Shown here: in pieces, positions 8,825 to 18,433 of the stretch
Layout of the letters: each line of letters begins with the position of its first letter
Numbering within the stretch: the stretch's first letter is position 1
Origin: a virus
Taxonomy: Duplodnaviria > Caudoviricetes
IMG/VR virus record: IMGVR_UViG_3300033182_000404
Span: 1-31,952 of that record
DNA: 31,952 nt
Strand: one strand, 5' to 3'
The notes under the pieces: generated by a model
What the model saw: only the letters and a program-made list of their open reading frames with translations
What the model was told of the DNA's origin: nothing
Database searches by the model: none
Made by a program: the position numbers and the translations under genes

Positions 8825-9586
8825 TTAGCCAATTACAAAGGATAATGGAGTAGATCCATCTACATAATTTAGTAGATCTTGTTCTAATTTTTCCATTTCG
8901 GCTTGTGCGTCTGCTTTTAGAGCATCGCCATTTAGTGATGTACCACCTTGCGGTGTTGAAATAGTAGCAAACTTTGAACGTGCTTCACCTAGCATGTATT
9001 TGGATACTGCAAGAGTGTAATCCTTCAACCATTGCCCTGCATATGGATCACTTAGCAAGTTAATATCAGGACGTTGATTGTAAATCTGCATTAAAATTTG
9101 CTCGTCACTTCTAGGACGTTGCATGATTGTTAGTTTTTTACTAACAGGGTCAAACTTAAAACTAATAAAACTACCAAACATTTTACCAACTAGTTCTTGG
9201 TAACCTGAAAAAGCATAATACGTTGATAAACCGCCCATTTGTGTTGAACTGAGCAAATAGGTATTAGTGTATGCTAAATTGAAGGGTTCAAACAAAGTGC
9301 CGCCATCGCCGCCTCCTGTTCTAGAACCAATGCTTCTACGAAATACTTCACGTACAGACATCACTTCGTTAGGAAGAATATAGTCATTTGTATCTTCCTG
9401 AAGTTCTAGTACAGCATATGATTCTTCTACTGCATTTTCAGCACGTTGACGATATTTGCCCAATGCTTTTTCTAATGCTACTTCGTAGTGATTTGGGTCA
9501 AGTTCAACGTCGATCATACCGTCGCCTAATAGTGTGCGACAGTAGTTAAAAATTGACTGCTTTTTATTGTCTAGTTCGGTGCTCAT
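8825..9586 (-). CDS. gp13: Neck protein (T4 gp13-like)
   Basis: LG..MIDVELD, WLKDYTLAVSKYMLGEARSKF..I..P.GG.SLNGD.L...A..E..KLE..L and a C-terminal P.SFVIG are typical of gp13. Confidence 0.9.
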   Translation of the reverse strand: MSTELDNKKQSIFNYCRTLLGDGMIDVELDPNHYEVALEKALGKYRQRAENAVEESYAVLELQEDTNDYILPNEVMSVREVFRRSIGSRTGGGDGGTLFEPFNLAYTNTYLLSSTQMGGLSTYYAFSGYQELVGKMFGSFISFKFDPVSKKLTIMQRPRSDEQILMQIYNQRPDINLLSDPYAGQWLKDYTLAVSKYMLGEARSKFATISTPQGGTSLNGDALKADAQAEMEKLEQDLLNYVDGSTPLSFVIG

Positions 9587-9591
9587 GTAAT

Positions 9592-9620
9592 TATTTATTC
9601 GATTGCAGTTCCAATAAATA
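9592..9620. promoter_or_regulatory. Back-to-back late promoters for gp13 (-) and gp14 (+)
   Basis: AATAAATA on both strands (core 9597-9592 and 9615-9620) within a 42-nt intergenic region. Confidence 0.75.
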
Positions 9621-9628
9621 GTATTGTT

Positions 9629-10768
9629 ATGCCAAGACTTAGTTTATATAAACCAGAAAAATCTGCAGATTACAAATTCATTGACAAAAACGTCAACGAA
9701 GCATTTCAGGTAGGCGGAACAGATATATTTGTTCACAAGTACTTAGGACCAGAAGATCCGGGCGTTGACGAAGCAACTCCTACAACGCCTTATACAAGAA
9801 GTGCTGAAGAAGAAGCAATGCCAGAAACAAAGATTCAGGATTTGCTTTTCTTAGAAAATAGAGATAGACGTTATTCGGAAGATGTATACGTACTGCGAGG
9901 AATTTATAATGTGCAGGATTTAGATTTTGATCTAAGTCAGTTTGGAATGTTCTTACAAAACGATACAGTGTTTATTACATTCCATATTAATTCAAGTGTT
10001 GAATCATTAGGACGTAAAATTATGCCAGGCGATGTGTTAGAATTGCCGCATTTGAAAGACGATTATGCCCTTAATGATTTCCAAGTATCACTAAAACGAT
10101 TTTATGTGATTGAAGATGTTAATCGTTCAGCAGAAGGATTTAGTCAAACATGGTATCCACACTTGTACAGATGTAAATGTAAACCTGTTATGGATAGTCA
10201 AGAATTTAAACAAATTTTTGATAAGGATGCTGGCGCAGGTGACGGTAGCACATTGCGTGATATTATGTCAACTTACGAAAAAGAAATGCAAATTAATGAA
10301 GCAATTCTTAATCAAGCCGCAGAAGACGTTCCTAATGCAGGATATGAAACAAAGCAATACTTTATTGTTCCTACAGATGCAGACGGAAATGTTGATGTTA
10401 ACGACGATGGAAGTTCAACACCAACACTGAAAACAGCAAAAGGCAATTACTATGTTGGATACTTAACTGAAGATGGTATTCCGCCAAACGGTGCGGCTTA
10501 CGGTTTTGGTACAGCATTTCCTCAAGTGTCTGAAGAAGGCGATTTTTACTTGCGTACAGATTACTTCCCTAACAGACTGTTCCGTTATAATGGCAGTCGT
10601 TGGGTTAAATTTGAAGATAACGTAAGAGCAGAACTTCCGAGTTCGGACACTGCAAACAATCAAATTGGAACATTTGTTAATAACACAAATAAAAATGTTA
10701 TTGGCGGTGTTGAGGTTGAAGAAAAACAAAGTCTTTCACAAGCACTCAAACCTAAGGCGGATAATTAA
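9629..10768 (+). CDS. gp14: Neck protein (T4 gp14-like), extended
   Basis: LSQFGMFLQND..FITFH, PGDVLELPHL, FYVIEDV, LYRCKC; divergent from gp13 and coupled to the gp15-like gene. Confidence 0.7.
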   Translation: MPRLSLYKPEKSADYKFIDKNVNEAFQVGGTDIFVHKYLGPEDPGVDEATPTTPYTRSAEEEAMPETKIQDLLFLENRDRRYSEDVYVLRGIYNVQDLDFDLSQFGMFLQNDTVFITFHINSSVESLGRKIMPGDVLELPHLKDDYALNDFQVSLKRFYVIEDVNRSAEGFSQTWYPHLYRCKCKPVMDSQEFKQIFDKDAGAGDGSTLRDIMSTYEKEMQINEAILNQAAEDVPNAGYETKQYFIVPTDADGNVDVNDDGSSTPTLKTAKGNYYVGYLTEDGIPPNGAAYGFGTAFPQVSEEGDFYLRTDYFPNRLFRYNGSRWVKFEDNVRAELPSSDTANNQIGTFVNNTNKNVIGGVEVEEKQSLSQALKPKADN

Positions 10769-12186
10769 TGAATCATTTTTACGACGGGCAGATAAGACGC
10801 TTTGTAACACAATTTATTCGTGTTATGAGCAACTTTAGTTACAAAGATAGTGCAGGCACATTACGCAAAGTTCCTACTAGTTACGGTAACTTAACAAGAC
10901 AAGTTGCTCACATTATGCGTGATAACTCAGAAAACAAAGTTATGAGTGCGCCACGTATTAGTGCTTATATCACTGCTTTAGAATATGCTAGAGATAGAGT
11001 ACAAAATCCAACACACGTTAGTAAGATAAATGTTCGCACTAGAGAATATGACGAAGTAGGCGATCAGTACATGGATTCGCAAGGTCCTGGCTATACTGTA
11101 GAACGTTTAATGCCTGTTCCGTTTAACTTAAGAATGAAATGTGATATTTGGTCAACAAACACAGATCAAAAATTACAGATTATGGAACAAATTCTTGTAT
11201 TGTTTAATCCTAGTTTAGAAATTCAAAGTACAGCAAACTACATTGACTGGACTAGTTTAAGTTTAATTGAACTACAAAGCGTAAACTTTAGTACAAGATC
11301 TATTCCGCAAGGCACAGAAACAGACATTGACATTGGTGAAATGGAATTTACTATGCCTATCTGGATTACTCCGCCTGCTAAAATTAAGAAACTTGGTGTT
11401 ATTGAAAACATCATTATGAACGTGTTTAAAGATGACGGTGGTATTGATTTAAGTGTTGTTAGCGGCGATGTTATGAGCAGTCAAAGCATCACTCCAGGCG
11501 GGTTTGGTCTGCTTATTTTAAACAATACTGCTAAATTGTTAGACGAACACGAAGGTACAACTACTTCTAATACCGGTGAGTTTACTAGATACGGTGAGCC
11601 AATTAGTTGGTTTAAAGCACTAGATCAATATCCTGGGCAGTTTAGAGCAGGTATCAGTACATTACGTTTAGCAAAAGCAGACGGTAATGAAATTGTAGCA
11701 ACAATTAGTTTAAATCCAACAGATGACACACAAATGGTATTAAATTACGACAGTGATACAGTGCCAGAGAATACAGTTTTAAGTGATAGCATTAACAGTA
11801 GAGGTACAATTGATGCTATTATTGACCCGTTAACGTTCAACCCAGACTCAAACAACCTAGCCGCTGGCACACGTTATCTAATTCTAAACGACATACATCA
11901 ACATGTTATTGGCGATAGTTCAGATGCTAACATGAACGCTTGGCAAAATGCTGACGGTAGTATCCTAAAAGCAGGTGCTAACGACATTATTACCTGGAAC
12001 GGTACTACTTGGGAAATAACATTTAATGCTAGTCAAGTAAACGAGGGAGCCGATTCTGCAAACACTGAAGATCCTATCTACATAACTAATACATATACTG
12101 GTGTTCAATACAAATGGTATAATGGACAATGGTTAAAGAGTTATGAAGGTGAATATCCTGCAGGATCATGGCGAATAGTACTATAA
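10768..12186 (+). CDS. gp15: Tail sheath stabiliser/terminator (T4 gp15-like) with a C-terminal extension
   Basis: HFYDGQIRRFVTQF, VP..YG, PRIS..I..LEY...R, MPVPFNL, QIMEQILVLFNP, FTMPIWI.PP. Confidence 0.8.
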   Translation: MNHFYDGQIRRFVTQFIRVMSNFSYKDSAGTLRKVPTSYGNLTRQVAHIMRDNSENKVMSAPRISAYITALEYARDRVQNPTHVSKINVRTREYDEVGDQYMDSQGPGYTVERLMPVPFNLRMKCDIWSTNTDQKLQIMEQILVLFNPSLEIQSTANYIDWTSLSLIELQSVNFSTRSIPQGTETDIDIGEMEFTMPIWITPPAKIKKLGVIENIIMNVFKDDGGIDLSVVSGDVMSSQSITPGGFGLLILNNTAKLLDEHEGTTTSNTGEFTRYGEPISWFKALDQYPGQFRAGISTLRLAKADGNEIVATISLNPTDDTQMVLNYDSDTVPENTVLSDSINSRGTIDAIIDPLTFNPDSNNLAAGTRYLILNDIHQHVIGDSSDANMNAWQNADGSILKAGANDIITWNGTTWEITFNASQVNEGADSANTEDPIYITNTYTGVQYKWYNGQWLKSYEGEYPAGSWRIVL

Positions 12187-12611
12187 AAGAAAACATTGTT
12201 TGTTCAGGTGCATTATTTTATGCAAGTAATACCAAACGATTTTTGCTTCTTCAACGTTCAAGTAAAAAGACTGCTGGTCAATGGGGTCTTGTAGGCGGCA
12301 AAGCAGAAGGCAATGAAACGCCATGGGAAGGACTAATTCGAGAAATTGAAGAAGAAATTGGCAAGACGCCTTCAATCAAAAAAATTATACCGTTAGAAAT
12401 GTTTACATCAAACGACGCTAAGTTCTTTTTCCACACATACTTAGCAATAGTTGATTCAGAGTTTATTCCTACACTTAATCACGAACACTGCGGATATGCT
12501 TGGGTCGATTCAAATGCGTGGCCTAAGCCGTTACACGTAGGTTTACGTACTACATTACAAAGTAAAGCAATCAAAGACAAGTTACAAACAGTGCTTGATA
12601 TAATTGTATGA
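12168..12611 (+). CDS. NUDIX hydrolase
   Basis: Nudix box GGKAEGNETPWEGLIREIEEEIG; LLLQR..WG; LNHEH..YAW. Confidence 0.92.
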   Translation: MANSTIKENIVCSGALFYASNTKRFLLLQRSSKKTAGQWGLVGGKAEGNETPWEGLIREIEEEIGKTPSIKKIIPLEMFTSNDAKFFFHTYLAIVDSEFIPTLNHEHCGYAWVDSNAWPKPLHVGLRTTLQSKAIKDKLQTVLDIIV

Positions 12612-12829
12612 GTTGGGTCGGCGAAACATTTGGCCACTGGGCTGAAGTTAAAGTACAAAATCTAAAAGAAAAAATACTTGTTGACGACGATACACATAAA
12701 CAGCGTGTAAGTACTTGCTTATCATGCGACCGTTACGGTAAAGATATGATGGTTTGTAAAGAGTGTTGGTGTATTGTACCGTTAAAAACTAAAGTTAAAG
12801 ATTTTCACTGTCCACTTAACAAGTGGTAA
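12608..12829 (+). CDS. Small Cys-rich protein (CxxC..CxxCxC..CPxxKW; DUF6171-like), paralogue 1
   Basis: RVSTCLSC...CKECWC...K.K....CPLNKW; ATGA overlap with the NUDIX gene. Confidence 0.8.
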   Translation: MSWVGETFGHWAEVKVQNLKEKILVDDDTHKQRVSTCLSCDRYGKDMMVCKECWCIVPLKTKVKDFHCPLNKW

Positions 12830-13344
12830 TCTGCTTCTTGCACGTTTTCTTCAACATCAATAATAGAACTTATTAGTTTTTTATTTTCAAAGTCTACAGT
12901 AAGTGTTTCGTGTACACTTTCATATGTGCCATCACGGCCATAATCATTAAAACTAAAGAAAGTTTCATTACTTACATGTTTTTTACTAATTCTAAATCGT
13001 AAATCTTTTTTAGTTTCAATGATAAAGTCTGTAACCTCATCGTTAAAGTCAAACTTAGGTTCACTAGGGAAGTTTCTATGTATATTTCTACCTCTACCAT
13101 AGGCTGTTAAACACTCGTGTAGTGTAATTAAGCAAAAACTATCTGGAACTTTGTTCATTAGATCAGTAATTGTGTCGCCATGTAGCATATTTGCTGATTT
13201 ATAAACGTAAGGGTTGTCTTTATTAGGCCAAAGTATTAAAGAATGACTTTCGATCTTCCAATGTGAATGGTGTTTTGCTCGACTATACCATTCAAGCAAA
13301 TCTTCAACATCAAATGAACCTATTAAGTTATCAATCTTTAACAA
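12805..13344 (-). CDS. Hypothetical protein, last gene of the halogenase cassette
   Basis: 179-aa ORF overlapping the halogenase stop; no motif recognised; start uncertain. Confidence 0.65.
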   Translation of the reverse strand: MLKIDNLIGSFDVEDLLEWYSRAKHHSHWKIESHSLILWPNKDNPYVYKSANMLHGDTITDLMNKVPDSFCLITLHECLTAYGRGRNIHRNFPSEPKFDFNDEVTDFIIETKKDLRFRISKKHVSNETFFSFNDYGRDGTYESVHETLTVDFENKKLISSIIDVEENVQEADYHLLSGQ

Positions 13345-14860
13345 TGTTATCGTACCAATCTCTCAAAAACAGTGCATGATTAGGAAAAACTTCTAGTTGT
13401 GCTTCTGTTTTTTGCTTATACATATTCCAAACTAGTTCGCCGTATTGTTTTACTGACGTTTTTGCAGTAACTTCGCTGTCGTCATCATAAAACCCTAGCA
13501 AGAATAACAGTTCAAACCATTGCCCAACATGAAACATTGTATAAAGGCCTGGTTGATGCAAGGAATTAGGTGGCATAGGCTTAAACAGTTTCATTATTTT
13601 TTCAATTCTATGATTAACTGGAACATTTTTAACTGCTTGCCAAAATTCTGTGTCGTCTTTTTTACTTAGATAGTAGTGTAAGAAAATAAAATCATGAATT
13701 TCATCTATAACACTTTCAAATTCACGACTTAAAAACTCTCTACCTTGGTCATCATAGAAACCGCGGCTTTCAATTAACACTTTTGTGAGATTTTGTACGG
13801 CTTTTGTGGTAAATGTAATGCCAGTTGCCTCTAATGGTTCAACAAAACCAGCACTTAGGCCAACGGCTACTACATTTTTAACAGCAATGTTTTTGTGTTT
13901 GCCAATTTTCATTTGTAGGTGGTTGGCTTCGGCTTCATATTCGCCGATAGCATCGCGTAATTCTTGCTCTGCTTGTTCCGGAGTAATAAATTTGTCACAA
14001 TAAACGTAACCGTTGCCTATTCTACTCCAGGTAGGAATAGTCCAACGCCAACCTGCGGTCATTGCAGTGGCTTTTGTGTAAGGATGCATTGCTTCTTTGC
14101 GGTTGGCGTTGTATTCTTTGGGCATTGCTACTGCCCTATTACATAAAAGGGTATCACTAAAACTAATAAATGGTTCTTTTAGTGTTTGTTCTAATAACAA
14201 ACTCTTAAATCCAGTACAGTCTATAAACAAATCAGCAGTTATAGTATCGCCTGTGTCTAATTTTAGACTTTCAATACCATCATCGTTAACTGAAATGTCT
14301 TCTACCATAGCATCATAGTAGTTAATTTTATGTTTAAATTTAGTTTTTAACATTCCTACAATATCGTCGGCTCTAAAATGCACTGCGTCCCATGCGATTC
14401 CATTTAACCCGTATGTATAGTCTAATCTATGATCATCAAGTTTAGGTGATTTATTATTTTTTGCTAGTTGATAACTAGGAATCCAGTCTAAAAACTCTTG
14501 TTTTGTTTTTTTAGAGGCTAATACATACTCGTGCATCATTACACCGTTGCCTAATACTGCCATATCAGCAATATCGTTGTCAACAAACACAGGATTTTCT
14601 GCCCAGCCGTGTAATTCTACTCCTAACTTATATGTTGAGTCGCATAGTTTCATCCATTCGCTTGGTTCTAAACCGCACTCATACAAAAAGCCTGTTGTAA
14701 ATGGTTGCGTTCCTTCACCTACACCAATAGTACCAATTTTTGTTGATTCTATTAATGTGATGTTAACCATCTCAGGTAAATTGTGTCGAAGATGCGCTAC
14801 TGTTAACCAGCCGCTACTACCGCCGCCTACAATAACAATATTTTTTACTAGTTTATCCAT
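13331..14860 (-). CDS. Flavin-dependent tryptophan halogenase family protein (PrnA/RebH-like)
   Basis: GGGSSGW (FAD binding), IGVGEGT, YKLG (catalytic Lys position), ADLFIDCTGF, GWRWTIP (WxWxIP), GNGYVY, GLSAGFVEPLEATG. Confidence 0.93.
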   Translation of the reverse strand: MDKLVKNIVIVGGGSSGWLTVAHLRHNLPEMVNITLIESTKIGTIGVGEGTQPFTTGFLYECGLEPSEWMKLCDSTYKLGVELHGWAENPVFVDNDIADMAVLGNGVMMHEYVLASKKTKQEFLDWIPSYQLAKNNKSPKLDDHRLDYTYGLNGIAWDAVHFRADDIVGMLKTKFKHKINYYDAMVEDISVNDDGIESLKLDTGDTITADLFIDCTGFKSLLLEQTLKEPFISFSDTLLCNRAVAMPKEYNANRKEAMHPYTKATAMTAGWRWTIPTWSRIGNGYVYCDKFITPEQAEQELRDAIGEYEAEANHLQMKIGKHKNIAVKNVVAVGLSAGFVEPLEATGITFTTKAVQNLTKVLIESRGFYDDQGREFLSREFESVIDEIHDFIFLHYYLSKKDDTEFWQAVKNVPVNHRIEKIMKLFKPMPPNSLHQPGLYTMFHVGQWFELLFLLGFYDDDSEVTAKTSVKQYGELVWNMYKQKTEAQLEVFPNHALFLRDWYDNIVKD

Positions 14861-16553
14861 CTTGTTTCTCTAATACAAATATACCTAACCCGTTCCAATA
14901 ATCATTTGGATCTTCACCGTTAGTAGTTATTAAATGTTGGTGTCTAACTTTTAAGTTTAATTCGCTAATGCCTTGTAATGCGCCTTCTTGTACGTTACCC
15001 CAATTCCAGTCATCTACAACATATATAAAGATAGTATCGAGCATTTCATAATAATGCTTTAATGCCTTTACTTGTGATTCGTAAGCATGATCGCCATCAT
15101 AAAAGAATACATTACCTTTAAAGTTAATATCATCTGGTGTAACTTCAAACGCATCTTTATCAATCATAGTAGCATAAATGTTTCCTTGTGCATCTATGTT
15201 ACGTTTTAATATTTCTTTAGGATCGCCTTGTTCTGCTGACCATTCAGGCATGTCTTTCATCGGATTAATTTTAGGATTTGAAAAATTATCAATGGCAACA
15301 GCCGCAGTATTATAGTTTCCATCAATCGCACTAGCAAATATAGCGCCTTGATAACTGCCTACTTCAATATACCTTGCATCTTTAAAGTTTACAAGGTTGT
15401 TTACAAAGTGTTTTACTTTATGACTAGTTAATCCTGCAATATCTAGTGTTGATTTACTTACTTTAGATTTTCCTTCATCGGCATTTTTTAATGCTGTGTT
15501 TACTTGCTCAATAAATCTATGTCTAGATTTGCCTACAATTACACGTTCGCAGTAATTGCAATCCCAACAATCAAATTTACAAGTTTTAATTTTTTGACGC
15601 CATGCATTAATTGGAGATCCTTCAAGTTTCATATCGTCAATATAGTCGTCAAATGTATCCCATAGTAATTCTTTACCTTCTGCAAAGTTTTTAATCAGTT
15701 GCATGGTTTCAAACAGCCTTGGAATATGCTCACGTCCGTGCATTTTAAAGACGTCAATTCCTAGTTCATCAATAAATTCAACCCAATCTTCGCGCCACGG
15801 TGGCAAGTTTGCTGTTTTTAGTGCGTGTGCCGGATCTTCTTTATTCCATTTAGGACAAGTAAACTGACTTAATGGTGTCATAAAGTATGTAGGCGTAAAA
15901 GGATCTCGACGTGTATTATTAAATTGGAAGTGTTCGTCCATTACTGAACAATTACCCCAACACCCTTCGTTTGCTAATAAACTTACTTTAATATCTCTGC
16001 CATATTTTTCAATACAATATTCTTTTGCACGTTTAATTTCTAACAGTTGGTTTCTATCACGCATTAGATCTCTATCTAAATTGATATAAGAAAACCCTGC
16101 TTTAACTAGTTCTACTACTTCGTTAGCATTGCGTACATTTCTTAAAATTGTATTCTTAATGAATAACTCAGGATATTCTCGTTGTATTTTTCCGCTTAAT
16201 AGCCATATAGTATGTGGAAGTGTTACTGTTCTAATACCTGCGTCGTATAGTGGACGAAAATTTTTAATCCACATATCGAGCATGTCTTCTCTTGGAGGAC
16301 ATTCAATGTTATTAAACGTAGCACTAAGAGGAATACCTAAATCGTTTTGAAATATTTTAGCGTTATGGATTAAATCTTGTGCTTGATTAGCATCGAAAAC
16401 ATCACCCATTGCATCTTGTACAAAGGGAGGAATACGACTTGTAAAATAAATGTCGTAGATATAATCCTTGTGTTCTTTAACAAGGCTATAAAATTTACTA
16501 AATTGCTCTGTTGTAAGTTTAGGATTTAATGGAATACTAAAAACTTTCTTCAT
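14853..16553 (-). CDS. Peptidase-U32-like Fe-S protein fused to a class I SAM-dependent methyltransferase
   Basis: N-terminal barrel with INLDRDL, LLANEGCWGNC, a further Cys (FTCPKW), GIDVFKMHGRE and CKFDCWDCNYC; C-terminal YIEVGSYQG, IDNF, FFYDGDHAYE, VVDDWNW (Methyltransf_24-like). Confidence 0.75.
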   Translation of the reverse strand: MKKVFSIPLNPKLTTEQFSKFYSLVKEHKDYIYDIYFTSRIPPFVQDAMGDVFDANQAQDLIHNAKIFQNDLGIPLSATFNNIECPPREDMLDMWIKNFRPLYDAGIRTVTLPHTIWLLSGKIQREYPELFIKNTILRNVRNANEVVELVKAGFSYINLDRDLMRDRNQLLEIKRAKEYCIEKYGRDIKVSLLANEGCWGNCSVMDEHFQFNNTRRDPFTPTYFMTPLSQFTCPKWNKEDPAHALKTANLPPWREDWVEFIDELGIDVFKMHGREHIPRLFETMQLIKNFAEGKELLWDTFDDYIDDMKLEGSPINAWRQKIKTCKFDCWDCNYCERVIVGKSRHRFIEQVNTALKNADEGKSKVSKSTLDIAGLTSHKVKHFVNNLVNFKDARYIEVGSYQGAIFASAIDGNYNTAAVAIDNFSNPKINPMKDMPEWSAEQGDPKEILKRNIDAQGNIYATMIDKDAFEVTPDDINFKGNVFFYDGDHAYESQVKALKHYYEMLDTIFIYVVDDWNWGNVQEGALQGISELNLKVRHQHLITTNGEDPNDYWNGLGIFVLEKQDG

Positions 16554-16830
16554 TCATTCTACGCCATTTTGCATTTGATATCTCCCATTTATCTAATGGG
16601 CATGGTTTACTGTCGTTGTTTACACTAGTCATAGGCCATATAATACAACTACACAAATCACACATCATGCGTTCATAAATATATTCTTCACCTTTTTTAG
16701 TATCATGCTCAGCCAGAAGGTCCATGAACTCACAGCCGTAGCAAGTGTTCATACGGCCAACACGCAGTTCCCAATCGTTTAAGGTATACTCAGGTGGTTT
16801 GTTGATTTTCAATTGCTTTGATTCCACCAT
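16537..16830 (-). CDS. Small Cys-rich protein, paralogue 2 (about 97 aa; start moved to MVESKQ)
   Basis: RMNTCYGC...MCDLCSC...CPLDKW; GGAG just upstream of ATG 16830/GTG 16827. Confidence 0.75.
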   Translation of the reverse strand: MVESKQLKINKPPEYTLNDWELRVGRMNTCYGCEFMDLLAEHDTKKGEEYIYERMMCDLCSCIIWPMTSVNNDSKPCPLDKWEISNAKWRRMNEESF

Positions 16831-17662
16831 CACTCTCCACTTTAATCTTGATATTAGATTTAGTTTTTTCTCCGCCAAAGTCGCCTTCAACGCCTGTAAT
16901 ATTTGGTAAAGCAATCGCAGGTTCGTTTGTTTCGTGAGTAATAAGAAGATTACGTACTTTATCTTGTATTTGTAATATACCCTTTTCAACTTGTGCTACG
17001 TTAGCAATGGCTTGTCCGATAGTTTTTTGTTGCAATGCTAAAGGCATGCCCATGATAGATTCCATATTGCCGCTACTAATCTTGCCCATAGTTAGCATAT
17101 CCATCATTGCTTGTTTAGCCATACGTTGTGACCAATAGTCTTCTTCTTTTTCTTCCCAATTATCTTTATAATGCTCTAATGTTTTCATTGTATCATTAGG
17201 CGCAATTTTTTTGAGTACAGCAAGGAACTGTTTGATTTCAACTTCGTTTTGGAGTTCAACTTGTCTTGTGTACTCCATATCAAATCTAGTTTTATCAATT
17301 TCTTCTTGTAGAAGTTCTCTTTCTAGATCGTCTTCTTCTTTGTCTAAACGACGTTGTAATTTTCTAAGTTTAATGTCTGCTTTTTTTAATTGGTGTTTGC
17401 CTTCCGCTAGTGAAACCATGCGTTGACGAACTTCTAATCCAATTTGTCGAATCTTTCTTGGATCAGTAATTTCGCCGCTTACAACAAACGAATCAATTTG
17501 AAATTTACTGTATGCTGTTGTTTCGTTTGACAGGTATCTAATTAAGTCTGCATCTTCGTCAGATTCAACAGAAATATCTACGTACTCTGCCATATCAAAA
17601 CGCATATCTTTTGGTGTATCAAAGGTGCTTAGCCAACCTTCTTCAACTTTTTTATTTGCCAT
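16790..17662 (-). CDS. Coiled-coil hypothetical protein downstream of the fibre genes (possible assembly chaperone)
   Basis: AAAGGAG SD before ATG 17662; long charged heptad segment; SKFQIDSFV..T.PRKIRQIGLE and EEDYWSQRMAKQA blocks. Confidence 0.7.
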   Translation of the reverse strand: MANKKVEEGWLSTFDTPKDMRFDMAEYVDISVESDEDADLIRYLSNETTAYSKFQIDSFVVSGEITDPRKIRQIGLEVRQRMVSLAEGKHQLKKADIKLRKLQRRLDKEEDDLERELLQEEIDKTRFDMEYTRQVELQNEVEIKQFLAVLKKIAPNDTMKTLEHYKDNWEEKEEDYWSQRMAKQAMMDMLTMGKISSGNMESIMGMPLALQQKTIGQAIANVAQVEKGILQIQDKVRNLLITHETNEPAIALPNITGVEGDFGGEKTKSNIKIKVESDGGIKAIENQQTT

Positions 17663-17727
17663 CAATGACTCCTTTACACATATACAAGTATATATGCTAA
17701 TTTAGCGTTGTGATTTAAGGATGTGGC

Positions 17728-18417
17728 TTAGATATGAAGTTGGAAGTCACCATATCTGTAAGGATGAAAATCCGGATGTGGCATAATTCCAAAGAATTCA
17801 TCAGCAACGTGTGCGGCTTCTCTAATAGTAGTACATGCTTTTACACGATCAACACATCTTTGCTGTTGACCTAAAAGATTATTAACTTTTGCATCATATG
17901 CTTCAGTTTTTTGTAATACCTTTTGAACCATTTCTGCTTCAGTAATACTTCTAGCACTTGCTAACTGACGTAATAATGAACCACCACCTGCTTTTGCTTC
18001 TTTGCGTTGTTGTTCCCAAGTACCAGTTTCAAGTGTGTTACTAGTTAACTGTAGTTGTTCAAAACGCTCTTGGAAGATGTATTTGATACGTGCAGTCATG
18101 AAAATTTTCATATATTCTAAACTATCACGTGCTTCTTGTTCGGTATAAGGTCTTTTAACTTTTTCAAAATCTTCAGCATGACCTTGCTTGGTTGGAAACT
18201 CGTCGCCTGTATGGATATTACGATATGCTTTATACTCTGGGCGACCAAAGTCGTTGTATCTAGCCGCAACAGCATCTGAGACAACAATAGGATTGCCTTC
18301 GTTCCAATCAATCCATTCTGGATTAGAAACCTCAACAAGTGTTAATCCGTGCTGACTGTCTAAGAATTTAAATCTTGGGTCAATGTCATGTCTTTTTCTT
18401 GTATATAAAATGTACAT
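17728..18417 (-). CDS. Probable tail-fibre assembly/accessory protein
   Basis: TWEQQRKEA..LLRQLASARSITEAEMVQKVLQK..Y....LLGQQQ..D.V..C resembles small helical proteins encoded after fibre genes; directly follows adhesin A. Confidence 0.55.
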   Translation of the reverse strand: MYILYTRKRHDIDPRFKFLDSQHGLTLVEVSNPEWIDWNEGNPIVVSDAVAARYNDFGRPEYKAYRNIHTGDEFPTKQGHAEDFEKVKRPYTEQEARDSLEYMKIFMTARIKYIFQERFEQLQLTSNTLETGTWEQQRKEAKAGGGSLLRQLASARSITEAEMVQKVLQKTEAYDAKVNNLLGQQQRCVDRVKACTTIREAAHVADEFFGIMPHPDFHPYRYGDFQLHI

Positions 18418-18433
18418 ATCTTATCCGTTTCCC

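Noticed and set aside
16831-16989. N-terminal extension of the 150-aa ORF
   Set aside because: It would overlap the 291-aa gene by about 200 nt; a GGAG-preceded start at 16830/16827 gives a size matching the paralogues.
17689-17694. TATATA as a late promoter for the 291-aa gene
   Set aside because: The position is plausible, but it is a one-mismatch match in a TA-rich tract, too weak to list as a feature.
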